From: Pseudomonas phage EL | Direction: 5' to 3' (one strand) | DNA length: 64,000 nucleotides | Sequence record: AJ697969.1 | Part shown: in pieces, positions 9,045-18,210 of the stretch | Layout: each line of letters opens with the position of its first letter | Position numbering within the stretch: position 1 is the stretch's first letter | Notes under the pieces: model-generated | Seen by the model: the letters and a program-made list of their open reading frames with translations, nothing else | Databases searched by the model: none | What the model was told of the DNA's origin: nothing | Program-made: the position numbers and the translations under genes

Positions 9045-10187
9045 ATGGAATACTTAACGACCCAACGAAGTCGATTGTATCCCAACCTGGATACTCGTCT
9101 GGTATTAAACAAAACCATAGGGTGTTCACGTTTCATATGGAACGCTCTACTGGGTAATCATAAGGAAGAATACGGTCTTTGGGTAGAGGATCCAGAAACT
9201 CATCCTAAACCGAGTTGTTCTTTAAGTTCCTTTAATCAAAAGCTGAACGAACTTAAAGTTGAATACCCCTGGTTAAATGAGGTCAGTTCTGTTGCTTTAC
9301 AACAAACAGTTCTTCATTTAACCAAGGCTTTTAGTGAGTTCTTCCAGGGTATTCATGGTTATCCAAAATTTAAATCTAAACGAGATCCCGGTGGATTTAA
9401 CCTCAGTAGTGCAGCGGGAACTTTAGCCAAGGACGGCAAGATTCGAATCCCCAAGATAAAGGGATACACCACCTGTCGACCTAAGCTCCCGTTGGATCAG
9501 GAAATTAGGAACTACAGCATTGTCAAAGACCGGGTTGGGAATTACTTTGTCAATTGCTTAGTAACTAAACCTTGTCTACCGAATACGGCTAAAGGTCAAG
9601 GACTGGTGGGGGTTGATCTGGGGATTAAATCCTTAGCGGTGGCGAAGCGGTCTACAGGTGAAATCTTTACCTTGGAGAATCCTCGAACCTACATGAAGTA
9701 CCACCGTAGACGTGTACGACTTCAACGGCGATTAGCCAAGAAACAGAAAGGGAGTCAAAACCGTAATAAAGCTAGAATTAAACTGGCCAAACTAGAACGT
9801 AAGGTCGGCAATATTCGCAAGAACACCCTGGATACCTTCACCTCTAAACTGATTAGCGAAAACCAAGTAATCAGTATTGAGGATTTGAATGTTAAAGGGA
9901 TGCTGAAAAACAGCCGGTTGGCTAAGCATATCCAAGACTGTGGATTTAGCACCCTCCGGAGGATGTTGGAACACAAGGCTAAACGGTATGAATCACCGGT
10001 TATTATTAGCCTGGTCCATCGATTTTACCCCAGCACCCAGTGTTGTTCAGCGTGTGGTATTAAACGTGAGATCAAACTGACCCTTAATGACCGGGAATGG
10101 ACCTGCGCTGAATGCGGGACCTCTCACGACAGAGACATCAATGCTGCAACGAATATCCTGTATGAAGGACTTCGGTTAGTGGTCTGA
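9045..10187 (+). CDS. tnpB: TnpB (IS200/IS605-family OrfB, RuvC-like nuclease with zinc ribbon)
   Basis: N-terminus RLYPNLDTRLVLNKTIGCSRFIWNALL (OrfB N-domain); RuvC-I VGVDLGIKSLA; RuvC-II ISIEDLNVKGM; zinc ribbon CCSACGIKREIKLTLNDREWTCAECG; RuvC-III HDRDINAATNI. Confidence 0.85.
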   Translation: MEYLTTQRSRLYPNLDTRLVLNKTIGCSRFIWNALLGNHKEEYGLWVEDPETHPKPSCSLSSFNQKLNELKVEYPWLNEVSSVALQQTVLHLTKAFSEFFQGIHGYPKFKSKRDPGGFNLSSAAGTLAKDGKIRIPKIKGYTTCRPKLPLDQEIRNYSIVKDRVGNYFVNCLVTKPCLPNTAKGQGLVGVDLGIKSLAVAKRSTGEIFTLENPRTYMKYHRRRVRLQRRLAKKQKGSQNRNKARIKLAKLERKVGNIRKNTLDTFTSKLISENQVISIEDLNVKGMLKNSRLAKHIQDCGFSTLRRMLEHKAKRYESPVIISLVHRFYPSTQCCSACGIKREIKLTLNDREWTCAECGTSHDRDINAATNILYEGLRLVV

Positions 10188-10361
10188 TAGAAAATTTACT
10201 CTTTGGAGTAACTACCGAAGCCTACTCGGGATGTTAAGCCTGTGGAGCATCAGTGCGGTTAAGCTGAGCAATGAAGCAGGAAGTTTGAGGTTAAAACATT
10301 GGGATAAAGACAGTCTTAACTCATTATTGAAAAGACTGCTGTTGACTGTAATGGAGCCGTT
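9045..10361 (+). mobile_element. solo tnpB element (IS1341-like; TnpA absent) with 174-nt structured 3' non-coding region (candidate omega-RNA / right end)
   Basis: intact tnpB with no Y1 transposase in the window; the 3' region 10188-10361 contains an imperfect hairpin (GACAGTCTT...AAGACTGCT) and has no long ORF; element boundaries are not determinable from a single copy. Confidence 0.45.
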
Positions 10362-12668
10362 ATGAGTAAAGAAAAATTGAATCAGGACCTGAAAGGTGTA
10401 AGTAGTGAGATCCGTGCCGCACTGGGTGCAGAGGATACGGATCTTACCCCTGACAGTGCAGCGGGTCAATTCCTCCAGGAAGTCCGTTACAAGTATCCCT
10501 GCGGGGAGAATCAAATCCATCCTGCTTTAGTGGGTGTCAGCAGTAACCTGATTCTCTTCCCGCACGAAGCCTCCGCGGGTCGTCTCTATATGGCGGGTAA
10601 CATGATCCCTAAATCCGTGCCGACCGAAGGAGCGGGTGAACGGATGATGGTAACCGGGTACGAATTTGAGGAACATTACGGTGGAACGGCTCGTAAGGTC
10701 GAAGCCCCTGCGAATATGCTGGTGGAAGAGATCTTCTTCGTTCAGAGTCTGGTTCCGGGTAAGGATACGGATGACTGGAATTCGATTTACGTGGTCTTTA
10801 AGAACGACGAACAGAACGCCTACGACCTTCTGGAGCTACCTCGGTATAACACCCATAACCACTACGTTGGGTTCGAATATAAATACGATAAAGAGAAACT
10901 CCGTAAGCTCCGTAAAGGTGCCACTTTCGCTAAAGGGACCGTCTTCGCTAAGAGTCCCCGTATCAGTGAGAATGGGGAATGGTGTTTTGCAATGCCGACC
11001 TTGGTAGCCGCCTATTCGGACCAAAGGACTGAGGAGGATGGCGTGCTTATCACCCGTTCCTATGCGGAACGTTCGGCTTGTATGTTCAAGCACGAGTTCA
11101 GCTATGAATGGAATGAGGATGAATGGATTCCTCTGATGCTGTACGGAACGGACGAGAACCCCCAACCGCTCCCTGAGTCGGGTGATAACATCCGTGAGGA
11201 TGGGATCGTCATGGGCTTCCGTCGCCGCATCAAAGAGAACGCGCTGGTTTCCCTGACCAAGAAGTCCCTACGAGAACCGGATCTGGTGTACGACAAGTTG
11301 TTCTATGCGCCGGTGGATGCGGTTGTGATGTCAGTCACTGTTCGGTCGGATCGGATGAAGAACCGGTCCAATAACCGGGGAACGGATTACATCGAACAAC
11401 ACCACAATGCCATGCTGGACCGCTATGAGAAACGCCAGAATGAAATGTGGAACAATGTGATCCGGTGGTACGAAGGGAAGATCGCTGCCAACCGCGGGGA
11501 AGACATTCCCATTACCTTTGACCTCGATACCTTCATTCGGAACGCGTATGGTAACTATACCCGCAATGGGTTGGGTCGTATTAACCCGTTGGCCCGAGTG
11601 GAACGGTGGGATAAACTGAAAGATTGGAACGTGACCATCGAACTGAAGGAACGGGTCAAAGGTCGTGTTAAATTCAAGTACGCGGGTTTGAACGGTGACA
11701 AAGGGGTGTGTGTACGGGTCATTGAAGACGACGAAGCTCCCACCTATCCGGATGGGACTCGGGCGGAGTTCATTAAAGATAACGTACCGGCGTTCCGTCG
11801 CCAGATCTTTTCGTTGCTCATGGAACTGAGTATCAACTATGTGAACATGAACGTTCAACGGGAAGTCAGACACCTACGGCTACAAGGGGATTATGAAGGC
11901 GCTTTCCAGGCGTTGATGACGTTCTATGAAACCGGTTTCCCTGAATTCAGTGAATTGGTTGCTCATGCGTTGGTTACGGAGGAGGAGAAACGTGAGCACG
12001 TCGACGATGTCTGTCGCCGGAAGATTTCCGTGCATGTGGTCAGTAACACGAAGTTGTATGGCGTGAACCTGATCAACGCCCTGCGTCGTCAATACCCGTA
12101 TAAGCCGCAGAAAGCCATTATCGTGAACGCACTGGGAGAACGGGTGGAAACCGAGAACCCTATCCTTATCAGCTGTCAGGACATTATGCTCCTGGATAAG
12201 TTTGGTACGGACATGAGTGCGCAGAGTATGCCGAAGGCTAACCTCTTTGGTATGCCAGCGAAGATGAACGAAGGCAGTAAATACGCCACCCCCATGAAAG
12301 ACAGTAATAACAAGAATACCGGTGAAACCGAAGGCCGGTTGCAAGTCAGTCACGCGGGCGGGCAGGAAATGATCAAGCAACTGGCTCTGGCGTATTCCCC
12401 CGAGAACCAGAAAAAAGCCTCCCAACGGGTTATTCGTGCGGATGATCCGTTTGAGATTCCTCGGTTGATTAAACCGGAGGAGTATTTGGGGAATCGGGCG
12501 TTGAAAATGGCGGTGGGAATGTTGTCGGATTCGGGTTATCGGCTGCGAGCTGAACTACCCAGTGATCGTCGGGAATATCCAACCTTTAACATGGATGAAA
12601 TCCCAGGGTTAGATGACGAGACCTTGAAGCAGCTTCAGTCATCCGAGAAACCCACTCAAGAACCTTAA
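10362..12668 (+). CDS. multisubunit RNA polymerase beta-subunit homolog, N-terminal/middle fragment
   Basis: the segment RLYMAGNMIPKSVPTEGAGERMMVTG aligns to RpoB fork-loop-2 / beta-D-loop ([14 protein letters not shown]...[12 protein letters not shown]); 768 aa; followed immediately by the second beta fragment. Confidence 0.55.
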   Translation: MSKEKLNQDLKGVSSEIRAALGAEDTDLTPDSAAGQFLQEVRYKYPCGENQIHPALVGVSSNLILFPHEASAGRLYMAGNMIPKSVPTEGAGERMMVTGYEFEEHYGGTARKVEAPANMLVEEIFFVQSLVPGKDTDDWNSIYVVFKNDEQNAYDLLELPRYNTHNHYVGFEYKYDKEKLRKLRKGATFAKGTVFAKSPRISENGEWCFAMPTLVAAYSDQRTEEDGVLITRSYAERSACMFKHEFSYEWNEDEWIPLMLYGTDENPQPLPESGDNIREDGIVMGFRRRIKENALVSLTKKSLREPDLVYDKLFYAPVDAVVMSVTVRSDRMKNRSNNRGTDYIEQHHNAMLDRYEKRQNEMWNNVIRWYEGKIAANRGEDIPITFDLDTFIRNAYGNYTRNGLGRINPLARVERWDKLKDWNVTIELKERVKGRVKFKYAGLNGDKGVCVRVIEDDEAPTYPDGTRAEFIKDNVPAFRRQIFSLLMELSINYVNMNVQREVRHLRLQGDYEGAFQALMTFYETGFPEFSELVAHALVTEEEKREHVDDVCRRKISVHVVSNTKLYGVNLINALRRQYPYKPQKAIIVNALGERVETENPILISCQDIMLLDKFGTDMSAQSMPKANLFGMPAKMNEGSKYATPMKDSNNKNTGETEGRLQVSHAGGQEMIKQLALAYSPENQKKASQRVIRADDPFEIPRLIKPEEYLGNRALKMAVGMLSDSGYRLRAELPSDRREYPTFNMDEIPGLDDETLKQLQSSEKPTQEP

Positions 12669-12707
12669 CCCCATGATAGACTCACGGTATGGAGAGGAAT
12701 GTAACTC

Positions 12708-15700
12708 ATGGTAATGAAGATCAAACTCCGTGAATGGGCTAATTTACCAGAAGAAACTGTTCTCCGTTGGTTAAACACCCGCCGGTGGGTGGAGGTCACG
12801 GATGACCTGGACCAAGTCGCTCTAACGGATACCTACGCTCTGATCATTACCTGGCATGGAATGATCATCCACCGGCATTATAACGATGTCCCCTATTCCA
12901 TTAAGGAGATGGTACCCAGTAACAAGGTGGAAGGGGGTGAAGACACCGTCTATAACGATGGAACCAACGCGACGCCTATTAACCAGTTCTTAAAGGTCAT
13001 TCTTCCTACGATTATTGACCCGGTGGAAGTGGACGGGATTAAACGGCTTATTCATATCTGGCAGAATAAGCTGAATAACCTGCTGGTGGTGATGAGTGAA
13101 CGTTACGTTATTTCAGCCACCGCTGAATCCGTAGCGGAGTTCATGGAAGATGAAGGGATCTCTGGAATACGGGACCGTGTCCTGAGCAAGGAGATTTCAA
13201 TTGATGAGGGTGAGCGGGAGTTTGCGGATTATGTCCGGACCGCTCATTCCATTGCCAACAACACCCTCACCCTGCTGTCGCGTACGGGCGGGGTGGCCAT
13301 TAACCAGGCGTATCAGAAGACGATCATCCGGGGTAAAGTCTTTGACCTGAACAACTCGATCATGCCGAATGCGATTACGGTTCCGTATGCGCATGGGATT
13401 ACCAACCTGGCTGATATGCTGGGTGAACGGAATGCAGCAGGTAAAGCCGGGGTTTTGTCTTCAAAGATAAAAATCCCTGGTGGATGGAAGACCATGGGTA
13501 ACATCCGGGTGGGTGATGAAGTCGTTACACCCGATGGAGGTACCGCTAAGGTGCTGGCAGTTCACCCACAAGGTGTAACCAAGGTTGTACGGGTGCACTT
13601 CAAAGACGGTCGATATACTGACGTTAGTCCAGATCACCTGTGGAAGGTTAGACGTCATCATTGGTGCAACGATAAAGCCATGGCTAAACTCACTCGGGAG
13701 GAAGTGGAAGAACGTGTATGGCGAGTCATCACCACCAATGAGTTGAAAGACTATATTGGTCTGTCAACTAAGGTATACGTCCAACTGATTGAACCTGAAA
13801 GAAATGCCGATAAACCCTTCAAAATTCACCCGTATGTGCTCGGTGTCTTGTTGGGGGATGGATGCATTAGTCAAAAGGCTGTGGATATCACCAAACCTTA
13901 TCAACAGCTATTCGATAAGGTCCAATCGCTATTGCCAGAACATTTGGAATGTGTTTGGCGACCCAACCGTAAAGGTGATGGAGAACCTAAAACGTTTGGG
14001 ATCCGTTTTAAAGATCGTCGGTCCGAACAGCACATCAACTGGCATATCCGTGATGGCCTGAAGGAACTGGGCTTGTATGGAATGCGGTCGTGGGGAAAAG
14101 TCATTCCCGAAGAATATCTTCACGGATCGGCTAAACAACGTTTGGAGCTCCTCCAAGGACTGTTGGACACAGACGGAACTGTGGACAAACACAAATCGGT
14201 TAGCTTTAGCTCTTCGTCTAAGTTACTCTCCCTCGGAGTGCAATACTTGGTCAGAAGCCTAGGGGGGATGGCACGTCTCCAAGAACGTACTCCCCACTAC
14301 ACCCACAATGGAGAAAAAAGGGAAGGTCGTACGGACTATCGGGTTTATATCCGATACCCTCGACCAGAAGAACTCTTCACCCTAGACCACAAACGGGAAC
14401 GTGCGGTCTCGCACCAGCATACGGAAACCCTGAGACTGCAAGTAACTCATATTGAAGAACGTCCTGATGAGGAGACACAATGCATTACGATCGATCATCC
14501 TGATCATCTGTACATTACAGACGACTTCATTGTCACCCACAACAGCCTAACCAATAACGGCAAGGCCCTGAAATCATCGGAATGGTTCCACCGGAAGGTA
14601 CACATCCTGTCCGCTGTGGTGGCGGATATCGATCATTTCATGGACTGTGGAACGACCACTACAGTGCCGATCCGAATTCCCAATATGCAAGCGGCAATGG
14701 CACTGTTGGGTAAATTCAGGGTAACCGATACAGGAGAATTAGAACTCATTGATCAAACCACGGTGTGGTCAATTAAGCCAGGGGAGTGGGTTAATATTCG
14801 TAGTGTGGCCTTCTGTAATCACTACAATAGTGCTTCACCCTGCCGGGTATGCTACGGGATGATGGCGAGCTCTATCCCGTATAACGTGATGATGAAGAAA
14901 GGGGCTGATGTCGGGATGTGGTGTACCACCTCGATCTGTAACCCCATCGGCCAGGGAATGCTCTCCACCAAGCATTTCATTAGGAATGCAACGACCCGTA
15001 AGTTCGTTCCTGCGACTAAGGATAAGAACGTTATCTATTCCAATGGTGACGATATTTTCCTGACTAAGGAACTCTGTGCACCGGGCACTGAATTGGTGCT
15101 CAAAGCCGATATTGTAAACATCCTCTCGGATATCCGTTCCTTGGATGTTCTGGACAACTTGAGCCTGGATAAACTCCCGTACTTCTCTGAAGTCACATTC
15201 CGCTATGAAGTCGAAGACATCATGATGGGGGGTAAAACCCTCCAGCAGCATGCGGCTTGTACCTCGGTGTCGTCTCGGAATGCCCGGTTCTCGTTGGAGT
15301 TCCTGAACTATCTCCTGAGTAAAGGTTGGGCGAACGAAGGTAAGAAACATATTACCGTTGATTTGAGTGAATGGAATACGCTCAGTCCTATCTTCACACT
15401 GCCGTATGTTCGTGAAGACTTGGACATGCACCGGGCTCGGGTAGAGAACTTCATCACGTTCAATAAACGCAATAACGCCTGGAGACAGCAGATCGTTACA
15501 CCCCGTCTCTTTGGTGAGGTCTTAGCGGAATACTGGGGATTGATCAACCAGGAAACGAAAGGGATTAACATCATCCATCCTGAGGTCTTGCTCTATTCCA
15601 CGTTGTGTCGGGATCCCATGCGCGGGGATTATTCCCTGGCGAATGGTAAAGGACCTAAGTATTTCGTGAACTTCCAGGAGTGTATCAAAGGCAGGGGGGC

Positions 15701-15818
15701 GGGTATGCTCATGATCTACGAGAACCAGCAAAATGTGCTAAGTGATCCTAAGACATTCCGTGTGGTAAACCGTCAGGGGAGTCCGCTGGAGTGCTTCTTT
15801 AGCTTAGCGGTGAGTTGA
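12708..15818 (+). CDS. RNA polymerase beta-subunit homolog, C-terminal fragment, interrupted by an intein (precursor 1036 aa)
   Basis: the N-extein ends GERNAAGKAGVLS (candidate counterpart of RpoB GRHGNKGVIS); the C-extein contains NPIGQG (compare RpoB NIGQ); it sits next to the beta N-fragment; it contains a full intein (see separate feature). The beta assignment of this half is weaker than for 10362-12668. Confidence 0.5.
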   Translation: MVMKIKLREWANLPEETVLRWLNTRRWVEVTDDLDQVALTDTYALIITWHGMIIHRHYNDVPYSIKEMVPSNKVEGGEDTVYNDGTNATPINQFLKVILPTIIDPVEVDGIKRLIHIWQNKLNNLLVVMSERYVISATAESVAEFMEDEGISGIRDRVLSKEISIDEGEREFADYVRTAHSIANNTLTLLSRTGGVAINQAYQKTIIRGKVFDLNNSIMPNAITVPYAHGITNLADMLGERNAAGKAGVLSSKIKIPGGWKTMGNIRVGDEVVTPDGGTAKVLAVHPQGVTKVVRVHFKDGRYTDVSPDHLWKVRRHHWCNDKAMAKLTREEVEERVWRVITTNELKDYIGLSTKVYVQLIEPERNADKPFKIHPYVLGVLLGDGCISQKAVDITKPYQQLFDKVQSLLPEHLECVWRPNRKGDGEPKTFGIRFKDRRSEQHINWHIRDGLKELGLYGMRSWGKVIPEEYLHGSAKQRLELLQGLLDTDGTVDKHKSVSFSSSSKLLSLGVQYLVRSLGGMARLQERTPHYTHNGEKREGRTDYRVYIRYPRPEELFTLDHKRERAVSHQHTETLRLQVTHIEERPDEETQCITIDHPDHLYITDDFIVTHNSLTNNGKALKSSEWFHRKVHILSAVVADIDHFMDCGTTTTVPIRIPNMQAAMALLGKFRVTDTGELELIDQTTVWSIKPGEWVNIRSVAFCNHYNSASPCRVCYGMMASSIPYNVMMKKGADVGMWCTTSICNPIGQGMLSTKHFIRNATTRKFVPATKDKNVIYSNGDDIFLTKELCAPGTELVLKADIVNILSDIRSLDVLDNLSLDKLPYFSEVTFRYEVEDIMMGGKTLQQHAACTSVSSRNARFSLEFLNYLLSKGWANEGKKHITVDLSEWNTLSPIFTLPYVREDLDMHRARVENFITFNKRNNAWRQQIVTPRLFGEVLAEYWGLINQETKGINIIHPEVLLYSTLCRDPMRGDYSLANGKGPKYFVNFQECIKGRGAGMLMIYENQQNVLSDPKTFRVVNRQGSPLECFFSLAVS
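13446..14543 (+). other. intein 1: Hint splicing domain with inserted LAGLIDADG homing endonuclease; class-3-like (WCT) intein
   Basis: block A-like KIKIPGGWKTMGNIRVGDEVVTPDG; block B SPDHLW (Trp at B:12); LAGLIDADG motifs PYVLGVLLGDGCIS (~13828-13870) and RLELLQGLLDTDGTVD (~14143-14190); block F ETQCITIDHPDH (Cys at F:4); block G DDFIVTHN (Thr at G:5), +1 Ser at 14544. The N-terminal boundary is ambiguous between 13446 (A) and 13461 (S) because there is no N-terminal Cys. Confidence 0.75.
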
Positions 15819-15845
15819 GTGGGTGACCCCGTTCGTTAGTGTGGA

Positions 15846-15881
15846 CCTCTTAAGGGGGTCCTCGGAATCCCCCTTAAGAGG
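15846..15881 (+). terminator. hairpin (13-bp stem CCTCTTAAGGGGG / CCCCCTTAAGAGG, 10-nt loop) between the RNAP-beta gene and the helicase gene
   Basis: perfect inverted repeat 28 nt after the stop; there is no T-run and it abuts the next start codon, so it may act as terminator/attenuator or an RNA processing site. Confidence 0.45.
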
Positions 15882-15887
15882 TTGATT

Positions 15888-18170
15888 ATGCGAGCAACAG
15901 CAACTATCAGCAAAGCGAATCATTACTTCAGAATCAACGGGTTCTATGAGGAATTCGCGGTTCGGGTAATCCTACCGTTTTGTAAACTGAATCTCTGCAA
16001 GATGGCTAAGAAGCCAATACCGGGTACCCGGAAGCAGGCGTGGTTTGTTCAACACGTCTTTGCTCGGTCGAATTATGACAAGAGTGAATACCGGCTACCC
16101 ATTGAAACCCTTAAAGAGTTTGTGGAATTTGCGGGCTACCGGGGGTATAAAGAATCCCGCTTGAAGATTCAGGATGAACCGGAGATCGAAGGCAAGGATG
16201 TTGTATTCGAATTCAATCCAGGGTTTGATCAGTTCAGGGAAGGTCAAGGTGAATGGATTGAGTACATGCTGAGCGATGGGCACCTGAAGGTCAATAACGC
16301 CTCCACAGGCTTTGGGAAGATGCAACCGCTGTACGCGAAGATCAAAGTCCCGGGTGGTTGGAAGACAATGAGGGAGATGACCGTCGGTACCGAGGTCATT
16401 GCAGCGGATGGTACGGTCACTCAGGTGACTGGTGTTTACCCACACGGTAAACAACCCATTTACCGTTTGCACTTCGAAGACGGGCGTTATACCGATGCAG
16501 GACTGGATCACCTGTGGAAAGTGTTCACAGAGGAGACTCAGGCATGGACAGTCGTTAATACCCGTTCCGTACAGACCCTGTTGGCGAAAGAGCCGGATGG
16601 GGTATTTATCCCTCTGTGTGAGCCTGAAGACGGTCCGGAGAAGCCCTTTGTAACGGACCAATTGGAAGGTTCCCGCCAACAACGGTTGGAACACCTACGA
16701 CGACTCATGGATGAGAAAGGGTATGTGCGTGATGACGGTAGTCTGTCCTTTTCCAGTGAGGATGAGGTGGAAAGCACTACGGTTCAATACCTGGTTAGGA
16801 GTCTAGGGGGTATTGCCCGAAAGGTACCGTCTACAGGACTGTACCGCCGCAGGCAATACCGGGTGTACATCAAGCACCCTCGTCCTGAGGAACTCTTTAC
16901 CCTGACGAATAAGGGTGGCTACCTGACATCAAAGTCGGGTAACCAGTCCCTTAAGCTCCGGGTGAACCGCATTGAATTCATTGGGGAACATGAAGCCCAG
17001 TGCATCTCTGTAGCACACCCGGATCGTCTGTACATCACGGATGACTTCATCGTCACCCACAACACCTATATGGCCATCCACAGCATGGTGAAGATTGGTA
17101 AACGGACCTTAATCACCATGCAACCCCGTTACCAGATCAATTGGGTACGGGAACTCAACAAGATCGTTAAACTCATTCCAGGGGATCTCTTAATCTGGGA
17201 GAATACCCTGGAATCGTTGTATGAGTGTTTAGAAGACGGGAAGTTTGATCCTAAGATCATTATTATTCCGATGTCTCGTATTGAGGTCTTCCTCCGTAAA
17301 GGGAAAGAGACCCGAGACGGGTTACACATGGATGATTTGATCAAACGGATCAATCCGGGATTAAGGATCATTGATGAAGGGCATGAAGCGATTCATCAGA
17401 TCTTCTTGTCCTTAATGTTTGGGAATATCAAGAAACTCTTCCTGCTCTCAGCCACCTTGAAAGCAGACGATCCCTTTACGAACAAGATGTACCAGTACTT
17501 GTTCCCTAAACGGTTACGGTTAAAGGAGGCGGAACCCGAGCATTACATCGATGTAGTGGCGTACCTGTATCGCCTCAACACCCGTCGTTATCATCTCAAG
17601 ACGGAGCAGTTTGGAGCGTATAACGATAAGACGTTTGAAAAGAGCATCTTAAAGTCGGGTGTACTCCTGGCATTCTACTTTAAATTGGTCAATAAGGCCT
17701 TTAAGGAGTATTACCTCAATGTGAGGCGTGAAGGAACGAAGTGTTTGTTCTTCTTCTCCAGGGTCAGTATGTGCGATGCCATGTTGGAACTGTTCAGGAA
17801 AGAATATCCCGGCTGGGATTTCGAAACCTTTACTGGGGACGATTCCAAGCTGAAAGATAAGAAGGACAAGTACTTAAAGCACGAGATCATCATTACAACT
17901 CCGAACAGTTGTGGAACAGGTAAGGATATCGGGGGGTTGGTGACGGTGATCTGCGCCCACACGGTTGCGTCGACTCAGGCTAATAAGCAGATCATTGGAC
18001 GACTCAGGGCGTTGTCGGGTAAGTTCAATAATGAGATCGACCCTGCCTTTGTGTTCCTGGTGTGTTTGGACTTAGCGAAGCACGTGGAATATTTAGCCAA
18101 ACGGGAACAGGTGTTCTTTGAGAAACAGAAGACCTTCAAGCGTATCAATTCGGAATGCTCCCTGGACTGA
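15888..18170 (+). CDS. SF2 (DExH-box) helicase/ATPase interrupted by an intein
   Basis: motif I NASTGFGK (completed to GFGKT if the intein is excised at K|T); motif II RIIDEGHEA (DEGH); motif III LFLLSATL (SAT). ATG at 15888 preferred over the TTG at 15882. Confidence 0.6.
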   Translation: MRATATISKANHYFRINGFYEEFAVRVILPFCKLNLCKMAKKPIPGTRKQAWFVQHVFARSNYDKSEYRLPIETLKEFVEFAGYRGYKESRLKIQDEPEIEGKDVVFEFNPGFDQFREGQGEWIEYMLSDGHLKVNNASTGFGKMQPLYAKIKVPGGWKTMREMTVGTEVIAADGTVTQVTGVYPHGKQPIYRLHFEDGRYTDAGLDHLWKVFTEETQAWTVVNTRSVQTLLAKEPDGVFIPLCEPEDGPEKPFVTDQLEGSRQQRLEHLRRLMDEKGYVRDDGSLSFSSEDEVESTTVQYLVRSLGGIARKVPSTGLYRRRQYRVYIKHPRPEELFTLTNKGGYLTSKSGNQSLKLRVNRIEFIGEHEAQCISVAHPDRLYITDDFIVTHNTYMAIHSMVKIGKRTLITMQPRYQINWVRELNKIVKLIPGDLLIWENTLESLYECLEDGKFDPKIIIIPMSRIEVFLRKGKETRDGLHMDDLIKRINPGLRIIDEGHEAIHQIFLSLMFGNIKKLFLLSATLKADDPFTNKMYQYLFPKRLRLKEAEPEHYIDVVAYLYRLNTRRYHLKTEQFGAYNDKTFEKSILKSGVLLAFYFKLVNKAFKEYYLNVRREGTKCLFFFSRVSMCDAMLELFRKEYPGWDFETFTGDDSKLKDKKDKYLKHEIIITTPNSCGTGKDIGGLVTVICAHTVASTQANKQIIGRLRALSGKFNNEIDPAFVFLVCLDLAKHVEYLAKREQVFFEKQKTFKRINSECSLD
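16320..17063 (+). other. intein 2: mini-intein related to intein 1 with degenerate homing-endonuclease remnant; class-3-like (WCT)
   Basis: AKIKVPGGWKTMREMTVGTEV; GLDHLW (Trp); a single LAGLIDADG-like remnant RLEHLRRLMDEKGYVRDDG; YLVRSLGGIAR...YRVYIKHPRPEELFTL almost identical to intein 1; EAQCISVAHPDRLYITDDFIVTHN (Cys at F:4, Thr at G:5), +1 Thr at 17064. The N-boundary is 16320 (M, which yields a perfect GFGKT P-loop) or 16335 (A). Confidence 0.7.
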
Positions 18171-18210
18171 GGTCCCAGGGGGTTTCCCTTTATGTCGGGG
18201 TACCGCTACT

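Noticed and set aside
11331-12425. Two minus-strand ORFs (180 and 181 aa) inside the RNAP-beta N-fragment gene
   Set aside because: Shadow ORFs; the plus frame carries the RpoB-like motif.
13458-13480. Resemblance of GVLSSKIKIP to the RpoB extein sequence GVISKINP, suggesting that KIKIP is extein
   Set aside because: The same KIK[IV]PGGWKTM segment starts the insertion in the unrelated helicase gene. It is therefore intein block A, not host sequence.
14835-16694. Minus-strand ORFs of 198 and 199 aa inside the intein-containing genes
   Set aside because: Shadow ORFs antisense to genes that carry clear intein and helicase motifs.
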